From Bugula neritina (lineage: Eukaryota > Animalia > Bryozoa): DNA of 64,000 nt. A program made the position numbers and the translations under genes. The DNA is taken from contig OZ037770.1 of the NCBI GenBank assembly GCA_964035545.1, positions 15,738,642-15,802,641 of the forward strand, given 5' to 3'. Position 1 is the stretch's first letter. Every line of letters begins with the position of its first letter. Positions 12,001 through 27,239 of this stretch are shown piece by piece. Under the pieces are notes generated by a model. That model was not told where the DNA came from and ran no database searches. It worked only from the letters and a program-made list of their open reading frames with translations.

Positions 12001-15000
12001 ATTCACATGTTATATTCACATGTTATATTCACATGTTGTATTCACATGTTATATTCACATGTTATATTCACATGTCGTATTCACATGTCGTATTCACATG
12101 TTGTATTCACATGTTGTATTCACATGTTATATTCACATGTTATATTCACATGTCGTATTCACATGTAGTATTCACATGTTGTATTCACATGTCATATTCA
12201 CATGCCATCTTGTATAGACTGAGGGATGAGTCGCCACTCGTCAGGAGATCCACTCTCATGGTGATGACTCGTCTCATACTCAACGACATGGTAAAGGTCA
12301 AAGGTCAGATCAGTGAAATCGCTCGCTGTCTGGTTGACCCTGAACCCGCGATACGTCGAATGGCGGAACAGTTCTTCTGTGAACTAGCCAATAAGGTGAG
12401 CTTTTACAGTATCTCTGTCCCTAAATTACCAATAAAATGGAGCTTACCTCTATATAACTGGACTCTCAGTGGGGTGACTGCATTTAGCAAACAGTTACTT
12501 CTTGAGAATATATTATGTTGTGACACAGAGTATTGTGTTGTGACACAGAGTATTGCGTTGTGACACAGAGTGTTGTGTTGTGACACAGAGTATTATGTTG
12601 TGACACAGAGTGTTGTGTTGTGACACAGAGTATCGTGTTGTGACACAGAGTATCGTGTTGTGTTACAGGGCAGAGCTCTGTACAATGTCCTCCTGGATAT
12701 AGTCAGCCGTCTGTCTGACCCACAGATCGGGGTCACTGACCAGCAGTTCCAGACAGTCTGCACTGAGCTCTTCAGTCACACTAACAATGATAAACAGTCA
12801 GAAAGTCTAATTGAGAGGTTTTTGCACAGATTCAGAGCTACAACGTAGGTGCCCCCTCAGGCTATGAGCTATATTGATACTCTCAGTCTACGATCTATGT
12901 TCTACCACTATATAAATTACATGATAATGTCATATCCTGTAGAGATGAGAGGCAGTGGCGACACATCTCCTTCTGTTTGTCTCGTCTCACCTACACGGAG
13001 AGATCAGTGAAGAAGCTGCTTGAGCTCTTCTCCTGCTACTCCGACAAGCTGGCTGACGAGGAGATCTACGAACTCTTCACGGTTATAGTGGACAAGGCGA
13101 CCCAGAAACTTAAACCAAAACCTGGCGCCAAGGTATGTGTTTCCTCTTCACTTCTACACTCTATCTATATCTACTCTATCTCTACTCTATATCTACTCTA
13201 TATCTATACTATATACTACTCTATATCTACTCTATATCTATACTATATCTACTCTATATCTACTCTATATCTACTCTATATCTACACTATCTCTACTCTA
13301 TATCCACTCTATCTCTACACTATATCTCTACACTATCTCCACTCTATCTCTACTCTATATCTACACTATCTCTACTCTATATCTACACTATATCTATACT
13401 ATATACTACTCTATATCTACACTATATCTACTCCATATCTACTCTATATCTACTCTATATCTATACTATATCTACTCTATATCTATACTATATCTACTCT
13501 ATATCTACACTATCTCCACTCTATATCTACCCTATATCTACACTATATCTACTCTATATCTACACTATATCTACACTATATCTACTCTATATCTACACTA
13601 TATCTACTCTCTATCTACTCTATATCTACACTATATCTACTCTATATCTATACTATCTCTACTCTATCTCCACTCTATCTCTACTCTATATCTACACTAT
13701 CTCTACTCTATATCTACACTATCTCTACACTATCTCTACTCTATATCTACACTATCTCTACTCTATATCTACACTATCTCTACTTTATATCTACACTATC
13801 TCCACTCTATATCTACACTGTATCTACTCTATATCTACACTATATCTACACTTTATCTACACTTTATCTACTCTATATCTATACTATATCTACTCTATAT
13901 CTATACTATATCTACACTATATCTACTCTATATCTACCCTATATCTACACTATATCTACTCTATATCTACACTATATCCACTCTATATCTACACTATCTC
14001 TACTCTATATCTACACTACTCTCTACTCTATATCTATATATCTATATATTGGAGTTATCTCCTCACACAGGAGCTAATATTGGAGTTGTCTGCTAAGATA
14101 GAGTTAGCTCACACTAAGGGTATAGACGGCCAGGAGGAGTTAGAAGATGCTACAGTTCTAGGACTCAGCCAGTCTAACATCTCATTGGCTAAAGGTCAGT
14201 CTCATCTCACCAATCACCAGCCCCATTATTTACCAGCTGACATGTTCAACCAATCATCAAACAGAGCTAAGGGTCAAAGGGCGTCTGGGTATTGCAGGTC
14301 GCCGCAAGAGGTCAAGCCGAGCAAGGAAGAGAAACAAAGAAAATTCCAGCCAATCACAGTACTCGGATGACGATAGCGATGATAGTACCTGCAGCCGCCT
14401 GTCGGTATCTAGTGTGTCACAGGAAGCAGGTGTCCGCAGGTCTACTAGGAGAGTGAGTAGTTTCACTTTAGTATACTTGTATCTACTATACTGTATATAT
14501 AGTTCTATATTATACTATACTTGTATCTACTATACTGTATATATAGTTCTATATTATACTATACTTGTATCTAGTATACTGTATATATAGTTCTATATTA
14601 TACTATACTTGTATCTAGTATACTGTATATATAGTTCTATATTATACTATACTTGTATCTAGTATACTGTATATATAGTTCTATATTATACTATACTAGT
14701 ATTTACTATACTGTATATATAGTTCTATATTATACTATACTTGTATCTACTATACTGTATATATAGTTCTATATTATACTATACTTGTATCTACTATACT
14801 GTATATATAGTTCTATATTATACTATACTTGTATCTAGTATACTGTATATATAGTTCTATATTATACTATACTTGTATCTACTATACTGTATATATAGTT
14901 CTATATTATACTATACTAGTATCTACTATACTGTATATATAGTTCTATATTATACTATACTTGTATCTACTATACTGTATATATAGTTCTATATTATACT

Positions 15001-18000
15001 ATACTTGTACTATACTGTATATATAGTTCTATATTATACTATACTTGTATCTTGTATACTGTATATATAGTTCTATATTATACTATACTTGTATCTTGTA
15101 TACTGTATATATAGTTCTATATTATACTATACTTGTATCTAGTATACTGTATATATAGTTCTATATTATACTATACTTGTATCTAGTATACTGTATATAT
15201 AGTTCTATATTATACTATACTTGTATCTACTATACTGTATATATAGTTCTATATTATACTATACTTGTATCTACTATACTGTATATATAGTCCTATATTA
15301 TACTATACTTGTATTTACTATACTGTATATATAGTTCTATATTATACTATACTTGTATCTACTATACTGTATATATAGTTCTATATTATACTATACTTGT
15401 ATCTAGTATACTGTATATATAGTTCTATATTATACTATACTTGTATCTACTATACTGTATATATAGTTCTATATTATACTATACTAGTATCTACTATACT
15501 GTATATATAGTCCTATATTATACTATACTTGTATCTACTATACTGTATATATAGTTCTATATTATACTATACTTGTATCTACTATACTGTATATATAGTT
15601 CTATATTATACTATACTTGTACTATACTGTATATATAGTTCTATATTATACTATACTTGTATCTTGTATACTGTATATATAGTTCTATATTATACTATAC
15701 TTGTATCTTGTATACTGTATATATAGTTCTATATTATACTATACTTGTATCTAGTATACTGTATATATAGTTCTATATTATACTATACTTGTATCTAGTA
15801 TACTGTATATATAGTTCTATATTATACTATACTTGTATCTACTATACTGTATATATAGTTCTATATTATACTATACTTGTATCTACTATACTGTATATAT
15901 AGTCCTATATTATACTATACTTGTATTTACTATACTGTATATATAGTTCTATATTATACTATACTTGTATCTACTATACTGTATATATAGTTCTATATTA
16001 TACTATACTTGTATCTAGTATACTGTATATATAGTTCTATATTATACTATACTAGTATCTACTATACTGTATATATAGTTCTATATTATACTATACTTGT
16101 ATCTACTATACTGTATATATAGTTCTATATTATACTATACTTGTATCTAGTATACTGTATATATAGTTCTATATTATACTATACTAGTATCTACTATACT
16201 GTATATATAGTTCTATATTATACTATACTTGTATCTACTATACTGTATATATAGTTCTATATTATACTATACTTGTATCTAGTATACTGTATATATAGTT
16301 CTATATTATACTATACTTGTATCTACTATACTGTATATATAGTTCTATATTATACTATACTTGTATATAGTATACTGTATATATAGTTCTATATTATACT
16401 ATACTAGTATCTACTATACTGTATATATAGTCCTATATTATACTATACTTGTATCTACTATACTGTATATATAGTTCTATATTATACTATACTTGTATCT
16501 ACTATACTGTATATATAGTTCTATATTATACTATACTTGTATCTAGTATACTGTATATATAGTTCTATATTATACTATACTTGTATCTTGTATACTGTAT
16601 ATATAGTTCTATATTATACTATACTTGTATCTACTATACTGTATATATAGTTCTATATTATACTATACTTGTATCTACTATACTGTATATATAGTTCTAT
16701 ATTATACTATACTAGTACTATACTGTATATATAGTTCTATATTATACTATACTTGTATCTAGTATACTGTATATATAGTTCTATATTATACTATACTTGT
16801 ATCTAGTATACTGTATATATAGTTCTATATTATACTATACTTGTACTATACTGTATATATAGTTCTATATTATACTATACTTGTATCTACTATACTGTAT
16901 ATATAGTTCTATATTATACTATACTTGTATCTAGTATACTGTATATATAGTTCTATATTATACTATACTTGTATCTACTATACTGTATATATAGTTCTAT
17001 ATTATACTATACTTGTACTATACTGTATATATAGTTCTATATTATACTATACTTGTATCTAGTATACTGTATATATAGTTCTATATTATACTATACTTGT
17101 ATCTACTATACTGTATATATAGTTCTATATTATACTATACTTGTATCTACTATACTGTATATATAGTTCTATATTATACTATACTTGTATCTACTATACT
17201 GTATATATAGTTCTATATTATACTATACTTGTATCTACTATACTGTATATATAGTTCTATATTATACTATACTTGTATCTAGTATACTGTATATATAGTT
17301 CTATATTATACTATACTTGTATCTACTATACTGTATATATAGTTCTATATTATACTATACTTGTATCTACTATACTGTATATATAGTTCTATATTATACT
17401 ATACTTGTATCTAGTATACTGTATATATAGTTCTATATTATACTATACTAGTATCTACTATACTGTATATATAGTTCTATATTATACTATACTTGTATCT
17501 ACTATACTGTATATATAGTTCTATATTATACTATACTTGTATCTACTATACTGTATATATAGTTCTATATTATACTATACTTGTATCTAGTATACTGTAT
17601 ATATAGTTCTATATTATACTATACTTGTATCTACTATGCTGTATATATAGTTCTATATTATACTATACTTGTATCTAGTATACTGTATATATAGTTCTAT
17701 ATTATACTATACTTGTATCTAGTATACTGTATATATAGTTCTATATTATACTATACTTGTATCTACTATACTGTATATATAGTCCTATATTATACTATAC
17801 TTGTACTATACTGTATATATAGTTCTATATTATACTATACTAGTATCTAGTATACTGTATATATAGTTCTATATTATACTATACTTGTATCTACTATACT
17901 GTATATATAGTTCTATATTATACTATACTTGTATCTAGTATACTGTATATATAGTTCTATATTATACTATACTTGTATCTACTATACTGTATATATAGTT

Positions 18001-21000
18001 CTATATTATACTATACTTGTATCTACTATACTGTATATATAGTTCTATATTATACTATACTTGTATCTAGTATACTGTATATATAGTTCTATATTATACT
18101 ATACTTGTATCTACTATACTGTATATATAGTCCTATATTATACTATACTTGTACTATACTGTATATATAGTTCTATATTATACTATACTAGTATCTAGTA
18201 TACTGTATATATAGTTCTATATTATACTATACTTGTATCTACTATACTGTATATATAGTTCTATATTATACTATACTTGTATCTTGTATACTGTATATAT
18301 AGTTCTATATTATACTATACTTGTATCTAGTATACTGTATATATAGTTCTATATTATACTATACTTGTACTATACTGTATATATAGTTCTATATTATACT
18401 ATACTTGTATCTACTATACTGTATATATAGTTCTATATTATACTATACTTGTATCTACTATACTGTATATATAGTTCTATATTATACTATACTAGTATCT
18501 ACTATACTGTATATATAGTTCTATATTATACTATACTTGTATCTACTATACTGTATATATAGTTCTATATTATACTATACTTGTATCTAGTATACTGTAT
18601 ATATAGTTCTATATTATACTATACTTGTATCTAGTATACTGTATATATAGTTCTATATTATACTATACTTGTATCTACTATACTGTATATATAGTTCTAT
18701 ATTATACTATACTTGTATCTACTATACTGTATATATAGTTCTATATTATACTATACTTGTATCTACTATACTGTATATATAGTTCTATATTATACTATAC
18801 TTGTATCTAGTATACTGTATATATAGTTCTATATTATACTATACTTGTATCTACTATACTGTATATATAGTTCTATATTATACTATACTTGTATCTACTA
18901 TACTGTATATATAGTTCTATATTATACTATACTTGTATCTAGTATACTGTATATATAGTTCTATATTATACTATACTTGTATCTAGTATACTGTATATAT
19001 AGTTCTATATTATACTATACTTGTATCTACTATGCTGTATATATAGTTCTATATTATACTATACTTGTACTATACTGTATATATAGTTCTATATTATACT
19101 ATACTTGTATCTACTATACTGTATATATAGTTCTATATTATACTATACTTGTATCTACTATACTGTATATATAGTTCTATATTATACTATACTTGTATCT
19201 AGTATACTGTATATATAGTTCTATATTATACTATACTTGTATCTACTATACTGTATATATAGTTCTATATTATACTATACTAGTATTTACTATACTGTAT
19301 ATATAGTTCTATATTATACTATACTTGTATCTACTATACTGTATATATAGTTCTATATTATACTATACTTGTATCTAGTATACTGTATATATAGTTCTAT
19401 ATTATACTATACTTGTATCTACTATACTGTATATATAGTTCTATATTATACTATACTTGTACTATACTGTATATATAGTTCTATATTATACTATACTAGT
19501 ATCTACTATACTGTATATATAGTTCTATATTATACTATACTTGTATCTAGTATACTGTATATATAGTTCTATATTATACTATACTTGTATCTACTATACT
19601 GTATATATAGTTCTATATTATACTATACTTGTACTATACTGTATATATAGTTCTATATTATACTATACTTGTATCTAGTATACTGTATATATAGTTCTAT
19701 ATTATACTATACTTGTACTATACTGTATATATAGTTCTATATTATACTATACTTGTATCTACTATACTGTATATATAGTTCTATATTATACTATACTTGT
19801 ACTATACTGTATATATAGTTCTATATTATACTATACTTGTATCTAGTATACTGTATATATAGTTCTATATTATACTATACTTGTATCTACTATACTGTAT
19901 ATATAGTTCTATATTATACTATACTTGTATCTAGTATACTGTATATATAGTTCTATATTATACTATACTTGTATCTACTATACTGTATATATAGTTCTAT
20001 ATTATACTATACTTGTATCTAGTATACTGTATATATAGTTCTATATTATACTATACTTGTACTATACTGTATATATAGTTCTATATTATACTATACTTGT
20101 ATCTAGTATACTGTATATATAGTTCTATATTATACTATACTTGTATCTACTATACTGTATATATAGTTCTATATTATACTATACTTGTATCTAGTATACT
20201 GTATATATAGTTCTATATTATACTATACTTGTATCTACTATACTGTATATATAGTTCTATATTATACTATACTTGTATCTAGTATACTGTATATATAGTT
20301 CTATATTATACTATACTTGTATCTACTATACTGTATATATAGTTCTATATTATACTATACTTGTACTATACTGTATATATAGTTCTATATTATACTATAC
20401 TTGTATCTAGTATACTGTATATATAGTTCTATATTATACTATACTTGTATCTACTATACTGTATATATAGTTCTATATTATACTATACTTGTACTATACT
20501 GTATATATAGTTCTATATTATACTATACTTGTACTATACTGTATATATAGTTCTATATTATACTATACTAGTATCTACTATACTGTATATATAGTTCTAT
20601 ATTATACTATACTTGTATCTAGTATACTGTATATATAGTCCTATATTATACTATACTTGTATCTAGTATACTGTATATATAGTTCTATATTATACTATAC
20701 TTGTATCTAGTATACTGTATATATAGTTCTATATTATACTATACTTGTACTATACTGTATATATAGTTCTATATTATACTATACTTGTATCTACTATACT
20801 GTATATATAGTTCTATATTATACTATACTAGTATTTACTATACTGTATATATAGTTCTATATTATACTATACTTGTATCTAGTATACTGTATATATAGTT
20901 CTATATTATACTATACTTGTATCTAGTATACTGTATATATAGTTCTATATTATACTATACTTGTATCTAGTATACTGTATATATAGTTCTATATTATACT

Positions 21001-24000
21001 ATACTTGTACTATACTGTATATATAGTTCTATATTATACTATACTTGTATCTAGTATACTGTATATATAGTTCTATATTATACTATACTTGTACTATACT
21101 GTATATATAGTTCTATATTATACTATACTTGTATCTAGTATACTGTATATATAGTTCTATATTATACTATACTTGTACTATACTGTATATATAGTTCTAT
21201 ATTATACTATACTTGTATCTAGTATACTGTATATATAGTTCTATATTATACTATACTTGTATCTACTATACTGTATATATAGTCCTATATTATACTATAC
21301 TTGTATCTACTATACTGTATATATAGTTCTATATTATACTATACTTGTATCTAGTATACTGTATATATAGTTCTATATTATACTATACTTGTACTATACT
21401 GTATATATAGTTCTATATTATACTATACTTGTACTATACTGTATATATAGTTCTATATTATACTATACTTGTATCTACTATACTGTATATATAGTTCTAT
21501 ATTATACTATACTAGTATTTACTATACTGTATATATAGTTCTATATTATACTATACTTGTATCTAGTATACTGTATATATAGTTCTATATTATACTATAC
21601 TTGTATCTAGTATACTGTATATATAGTTCTATATTATACTATACTTGTATCTAGTATACTGTATATATAGTTCTATATTATACTATACTTGTATCTACTA
21701 TACTGTATATATAGTTCTATATTATACTATACTAGTATCTACTATACTGTATATATAGTTCTATATTATACTATACTTGTATCTACTATACTGTATATAT
21801 AGTTCTATATTATACTATACTTGTACTATACTGTATATATAGTTCTATATTATACTATACTTGTATCTACTATACTGTATATATAGTTCTATATTATACT
21901 ATACTAGTATTTACTATACTGTATATATAGTTCTATATTATACTATACTTGTATCTAGTATACTGTATATATAGTTCTATATTATACTATACTTGTATCT
22001 AGTATACTGTATATATAGTTCTATATTATACTATACTTGTATCTAGTATACTGTATATATAGTTCTATATTATACTATACTTGTATCTACTATACTGTAT
22101 ATATAGTTCTATATTATACTATACTAGTATCTACTATACTGTATATATAGTTCTATATTATACTATACTTGTATCTACTAAACTGTATATATAGTTCTAT
22201 ATTATACTATACTTGTATCTAGTATACTGTATATATAGTTCTATATTATACTATACTTGTATCTAGTATACTGTATATATAGTTCTATATTATACTATAC
22301 TTGTATCTTGTATACTGTATATATAGTTCTATATTATACTATACTTGTACTATACTGTATATATAGTTCTATATTATACTATACTTGTATCTACTATACT
22401 GTATATATAGTTCTATATTATACTATACTTGTATCTACTATACTGTATATATAGTTCTATATTATACTATACTTGTATCTAGTATACTGTATATATAGTT
22501 CTATATTATACTATACTTGTATCTAGTATACTGTATATATAGTTCTATATTATACTATACTTGTATCTACTATACTGTATATATAGTTCTATATTATACT
22601 ATACTTGTATCTACTATACTGTATATATAGTTCTATATTATACTATACTTGTATCTACTATGCTGTATATATAGTTCTATATTATACTATACTTGTATCT
22701 AGTATACTGTATATATAGTTCTATATTATACTATACTTGTATCTAGTATACTGTATATATAGTTCTATATTATACTATACTTGTATCTACTATACTGTAT
22801 ATATAGTTCTATATTATACTATACTTGTATCTACTATGCTGTATATATAGTTCTATATTATACTATACTTGTATCTAGTATACTGTATATATAGTTCTAT
22901 ATTATACTATACTTGTATCTAGTATACTGTATATATAGTTCTATATTATACTATACTTGTATCTACTATACTGTATATATAGTTCTATATTATACTATAC
23001 TTGTATCTACTATACTGTATATATAGTCCTATATTATACTATACTTGTACTATACTGTATATATAGTTCTATATTATACTATACTAGTATCTAGTATACT
23101 GTATATATAGTTCTATATTATACTATACTTGTACTATACTGTATATATAGTTCTATATTATACTATACTTGTATCTACTATACTGTATATATAGTTCTAT
23201 ATTATACTATACTTGTATCTACTATACTGTATATATAGTTCTATATTATACTATACTTGTATCTAGTATACTGTATATATAGTTCTATATTATACTATAC
23301 TTGTATCTACTATACTGTATATATAGTTCTATATTATACTATACTAGTATTTACTATACTGTATATATAGTTCTATATTATACTATACTTGTATCTAGTA
23401 TACTGTATATATAGTTCTATATTATACTATACTTGTATCTAGTATACTGTATATATAGTTCTATATTATACTATACTTGTATCTAGTATACTGTATATAT
23501 AGTTCTATATTATACTATACTTGTACTATACTGTATATATAGTTCTATATTATACTATACTTGTATCTAGTATACTGTATATATAGTTCTATATTATACT
23601 ATACTTGTACTATACTGTATATATAGTTCTATATTATACTATACTTGTATCTAGTATACTGTATATATAGTTCTATATTATACTATACTTGTACTATACT
23701 GTATATATAGTTCTATATTATACTATACTTGTATCTAGTATACTGTATATATAGTTCTATATTATACTATACTTGTATCTAGTATACTGTATATATAGTT
23801 CTATATTATACTATACTTGTACTATACTGTATATATAGTTCTATATTATACTATACTTGTACTATACTGTATATATAGTTCTATATTATACTATACTTGT
23901 ATCTACTATACTGTATATATAGTTCTATATTATACTATACTAGTATTTACTATACTGTATATATAGTTCTATATTATACTATACTTGTATCTAGTATACT

Positions 24001-26543
24001 GTATATATAGTTCTATATTATACTATACTTGTATCTAGTATACTGTATATATAGTTCTATATTATACTATACTTGTATCTAGTATACTGTATATATAGTT
24101 CTATATTATACTATACTTGTATCTACTATACTGTATATATAGTTCTATATTATACTATACTAGTATCTACTATACTGTATATATAGTTCTATATTATACT
24201 ATACTTGTATCTACTATACTGTATATATAGTTCTATATTATACTATACTTGTACTATACTGTATATATAGTTCTATATTATACTATACTTGTATCTACTA
24301 TACTGTATATATAGTTCTATATTATACTATACTAGTATTTACTATACTGTATATATAGTTCTATATTATACTATACTTGTATCTAGTATACTGTATATAT
24401 AGTTCTATATTATACTATACTTGTATCTAGTATACTGTATATATAGTTCTATATTATACTATACTTGTATCTAGTATACTGTATATATAGTTCTATATTA
24501 TACTATACTTGTATCTACTATACTGTATATATAGTTCTATATTATACTATACTAGTATCTACTATACTGTATATATAGTTCTATATTATACTATACTTGT
24601 ATCTACTATACTGTATATATAGTTCTATATTATACTATACTTGTATCTAGTATACTGTATATATAGTTCTATATTATACTATACTTGTATCTAGTATACT
24701 GTATATATAGTTCTATATTATACTATACTTGTATCTTGTATACTGTATATATAGTTCTATATTATACTATACTTGTACTATACTGTATATATAGTTCTAT
24801 ATTATACTATACTTGTATCTACTATGCTGTATATATAGTTCTATATTATACTATACTTGTATCTAGTATACTGTATATATAGTTCTATATTATACTATAC
24901 TTGTATCTAGTATACTGTATATATAGTTCTATATTATACTATACTTGTATCTACTATACTGTATATATAGTCCTATATTATACTATACTTGTACTATACT
25001 GTATATATAGTTCTATATTATACTATACTAGTATCTAGTATACTGTATATATAGTTCTATATTATACTATACTTGTACTATACTGTATATATAGTTCTAT
25101 ATTATACTATACTTGTATCTACTATACTGTATATATAGTTCTATATTATACTATACTTGTATCTACTATACTGTATATATAGTTCTATATTATACTATAC
25201 TTGTATCTAGTATACTGTATATATAGTTCTATATTATACTATACTTGTATCTACTATACTGTATATATAGTTCTATATTATACTATACTTGTATCTACTA
25301 TACTGTATATATAGTTCTATATTATACTATACTTGTATCTACTATACTGTATATATAGTTCTATATTATACTATACTTGTATCTAGTATGCTGTATATAT
25401 AGTTCTATATTATACTATACTTGTATCTACTATACTGTATATATAGTTCTATATTATACTATACTTGTATCTACTATACTGTATATATAGTTCTATATTA
25501 TACTATACTTGTATCTACTATACTGTATATATAGTTCTATATTATACTATACTTGTATCTACTATACTGTATATATAGTTCTATATTATACTATACTTGT
25601 ATCTACTATACTGTATATATAGTTCTATATTATACTATACTTGTATCTACTATACTGTATATATAGTTCTATATTATACTATACTTGTATCTAGTATGCT
25701 GTATATATAGTTCTATATTATACTATACTAGTATTTACTATACTGTATATATAGTTCTATATTATACTATACTTGTATCTACTATACTGTATATATAGTT
25801 CTATATTATACTATACTTGTATCTACTATACTGTATATATAGTTCTATATTATACTATACTTGTATCTACTATACTGTATATATAGTTCTATATTATACT
25901 ATACTTGTATCTACTATACTGTATATATAGTTCTATATTATACTATACTTGTATCTACTATACTGTATATATAGTTCTATATTATACTATACTTGTATCT
26001 AGTATACTGTATATATAGTTCTATATTATACTATACTTGTATCTACTATACTGTATATATAGTTCTATATTATACTATACTTGTATCTAGTATACTGTAT
26101 ATATACTAGTATATTATGGATTTATTTTCAGACTGGAGCAGTAAAACCTGCACAGAAACTCCTCACTGAACTGATAGAGGAAAGTGAAGAAGAAGACACA
26201 GTGCCCAACTTTATCAGAAGTCAGTGTTTAGTATTACTATCAGCATGTGTTACATACTGACACTGTGTTACATACTGACACTGTGTTACATACTGACACT
26301 GTGTTACATACTGACACTGTGTTACATACTGACACTGTGTTACATACTGACACTGTGTTACATACTGACACTGTGTGACACTGTGTGACATACTGACACC
26401 GTACTGCAGGTGCCCAGAAGCCGAAGTCCTCTAAACCCAAGTTGATTCTCAGTTCAAGTGACGAGGATGAAGTCAGCGCCGAGGCTGTCATCAGTCCGGC
26501 ACCGTCTCAGAGGCGCCCACTCCGTCAGCGTAACAAGAGCTAG
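1..26543 (+). CDS. NCAPD2: Condensin complex subunit 1 (CAP-D2/Cnd1), 5'-truncated multi-exon gene
   Basis: GT-AG, phase-compatible exons: 1-10, 95-243, 532-653, 2169-2292, 2553-3027, 3586-3717, 4047-4138, 4543-4849, 4994-5105, 5525-5799, 6009-6227, 6555-6621, 6796-6955, 10880-10982, 11070-11178, 11669-11948, 12218-12395, 12669-12844, 12943-13132, 14071-14194, 14298 (or 14265)-14452, 26132-26219, 26410-26543 (TAG). Peptides recognisable as CAP-D2: LPIQRLWEPPVV, HVHDCHGFVRSKVLQ, EIWEAMLPE, GHVALRQLTYLE, LSLGKFMLLS, FRHPNELEPWTPNLYARLRD, LILNDMVKVKGQISEIA, LYNVLLDIVSRLSD, ERQWRHISFCLS. AATAAA at about 26704. Confidence 0.95.
246..529. repeat. Intronic 16-bp minisatellite (ATGTTTATATTACTAT)n
   Basis: Fills NCAPD2 intron 244-531 almost end to end. 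Confidence 0.9.
654..2160. repeat. Intronic 20-bp minisatellite (GTAAGTATATACTGTGTAGA)n, about 75 copies
   Basis: Begins exactly at the donor GT (654); nearly every unit carries GTAAGT. Confidence 0.95.
2328..2537. repeat. Intronic pyrimidine-rich repeat, unit about 23 bp (CTCTGCTCTGTATCCTCCCCTGT)n
   Basis: Direct reading. Confidence 0.85.
3049..3589. repeat. Intronic 28-bp minisatellite (ATCAGCTGATATAGTAATATATTATATA)n overlapping the acceptor site
   Basis: The last copy supplies the acceptor AG (3584-3585) and the first exon bases CTGA. Confidence 0.92.
4139..4517. repeat. Intronic 17-bp minisatellite (GTACTATACTGTGACTA)n
   Basis: Starts at the donor GT. Confidence 0.9.
4843..4948. repeat. 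22-bp donor-containing repeat (GTGAGTCACACTTACTCTCAGA), about 4 copies
   Basis: Direct reading. Confidence 0.88.
5114..5516. repeat. Intronic 20-bp minisatellite (CTTGTATCACATAACGTCTG)n
   Basis: About 20 copies with cyclic variants. Confidence 0.92.
5817..5972. repeat. Intronic 26/34-bp repeat (GTAGATGGTATAGTACAGTAGTACAG)n
   Basis: Direct reading. Confidence 0.85.
6241..6525. repeat. Intronic 35-40-bp repeat (GTGCCCTCATGATGTCATGTAATACTACCTCTACTCTACT)n
   Basis: About 7 copies. Confidence 0.88.
6663..6800. repeat. 24-bp acceptor-containing repeat (GTATAATATAATATACTAACACAG)n
   Basis: About 6 copies; the last one supplies the real acceptor at 6794-6795. Confidence 0.88.
6921..10863. repeat. 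47/51-bp minisatellite made of the last 35 nt of an exon plus the donor site, about 80 copies
   Basis: Unit GTTACTAGTAGACAGAGTATACTCCTCCTCACCAG|GTATGTCTGTCT(GTCT). The first copy is coding (VTSRQSILLLTR). Confidence 0.97.
11228..11668. repeat. Intronic 14-20-bp repeat (TATATATTACAGAG)n ending at the acceptor
   Basis: Direct reading. Confidence 0.9.
11994..12204. repeat. Intronic 13-bp repeat (ATGTTATATTCAC)n
   Basis: Direct reading. Confidence 0.9.
12515..12662. repeat. Intronic 20-bp repeat (TGTGTTGTGACACAGAGTAT)n abutting the acceptor
   Basis: Direct reading. Confidence 0.88.
13155..14040. repeat. Intronic repeat, unit about 11 bp (TATATCTACAC/TATATCTACTC)n
   Basis: Direct reading. Confidence 0.9.
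14472..26104. repeat. 11.6-kb intronic satellite, 44-bp unit (40-bp variant), about 265 copies
   Basis: Unit CTGTATATATAGTTCTATATTATACTATACTTGTATCTACTATA; fills NCAPD2 intron 14453-26131. Confidence 0.97.
26246..26398. repeat. Intronic 18-bp repeat (GTGTTACATACTGACACT)n
   Basis: Direct reading. Confidence 0.88.
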
Positions 26544-27239
26544 ACCTGATGACACCACCTGATGACACCACCTGATGACACCACCCGATGACACCACCTG
26601 CTTGTTCTATAAATACAACTTAAAGAAATACTTCTCTCACCATTCTTATTATTCATGATCTTTTTAATATTGTTTTTATTTTGGTCTGTAAATCGGTTTT
26701 AATAATAAAACTTATCAACAACATTTCGAGTTTTTCTTACATAATAGTCTAGACATGTTCCTTTATGCTTCATTCATTTTCATGACTCTGTCATCCTCCA
26801 GAAAGAATTCCACGTTGGGTTATATAATAAGGGAAGACAACACCCAGTAGTACCTTGAGTAGTCTGCTAGCAGAAGGAAAGTAGCACTAATCAGCTACTA
26901 TAGTCTAAGTTAGTTACATGAGCTGCTCCAGCTACATGTACTCAACTAGGGTGGTGCTCAGAGATTAGTCAAGGGTTCCACTATCTCTAACAGTCCTCAA
27001 GTGTCTCACTCTGACTATCTCAACAGCAGTGTGCACCAACTATTTCCCTCTACAAATTCATCCTCTCTCTGTTAACAAGGAACTGCAGGGGGTAAGTGGC
27101 AGGTCTATTTCAGGAACTTTTTCAAGTGTATTAGTTGAGTGTATAACTCACTCTGCTTCTGTATTATATAATAGAGTAACATATACAGCTCAGCAGAGGT
27201 GCAAGTAGGTTAACATAAATAGTATATTATAGAGTGACT

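Noticed and set aside
13135-14096. 300-400 aa Y/I/L/S/T-rich ORFs in three frames
   Set aside because: Stop-free 11-bp repeat inside a GT-AG intron; only the flanking exon parts are coding.
15529-24882. Recurrent 65-aa ORFs
   Set aside because: Chance frames created by 40-bp variants of the 44-bp satellite.
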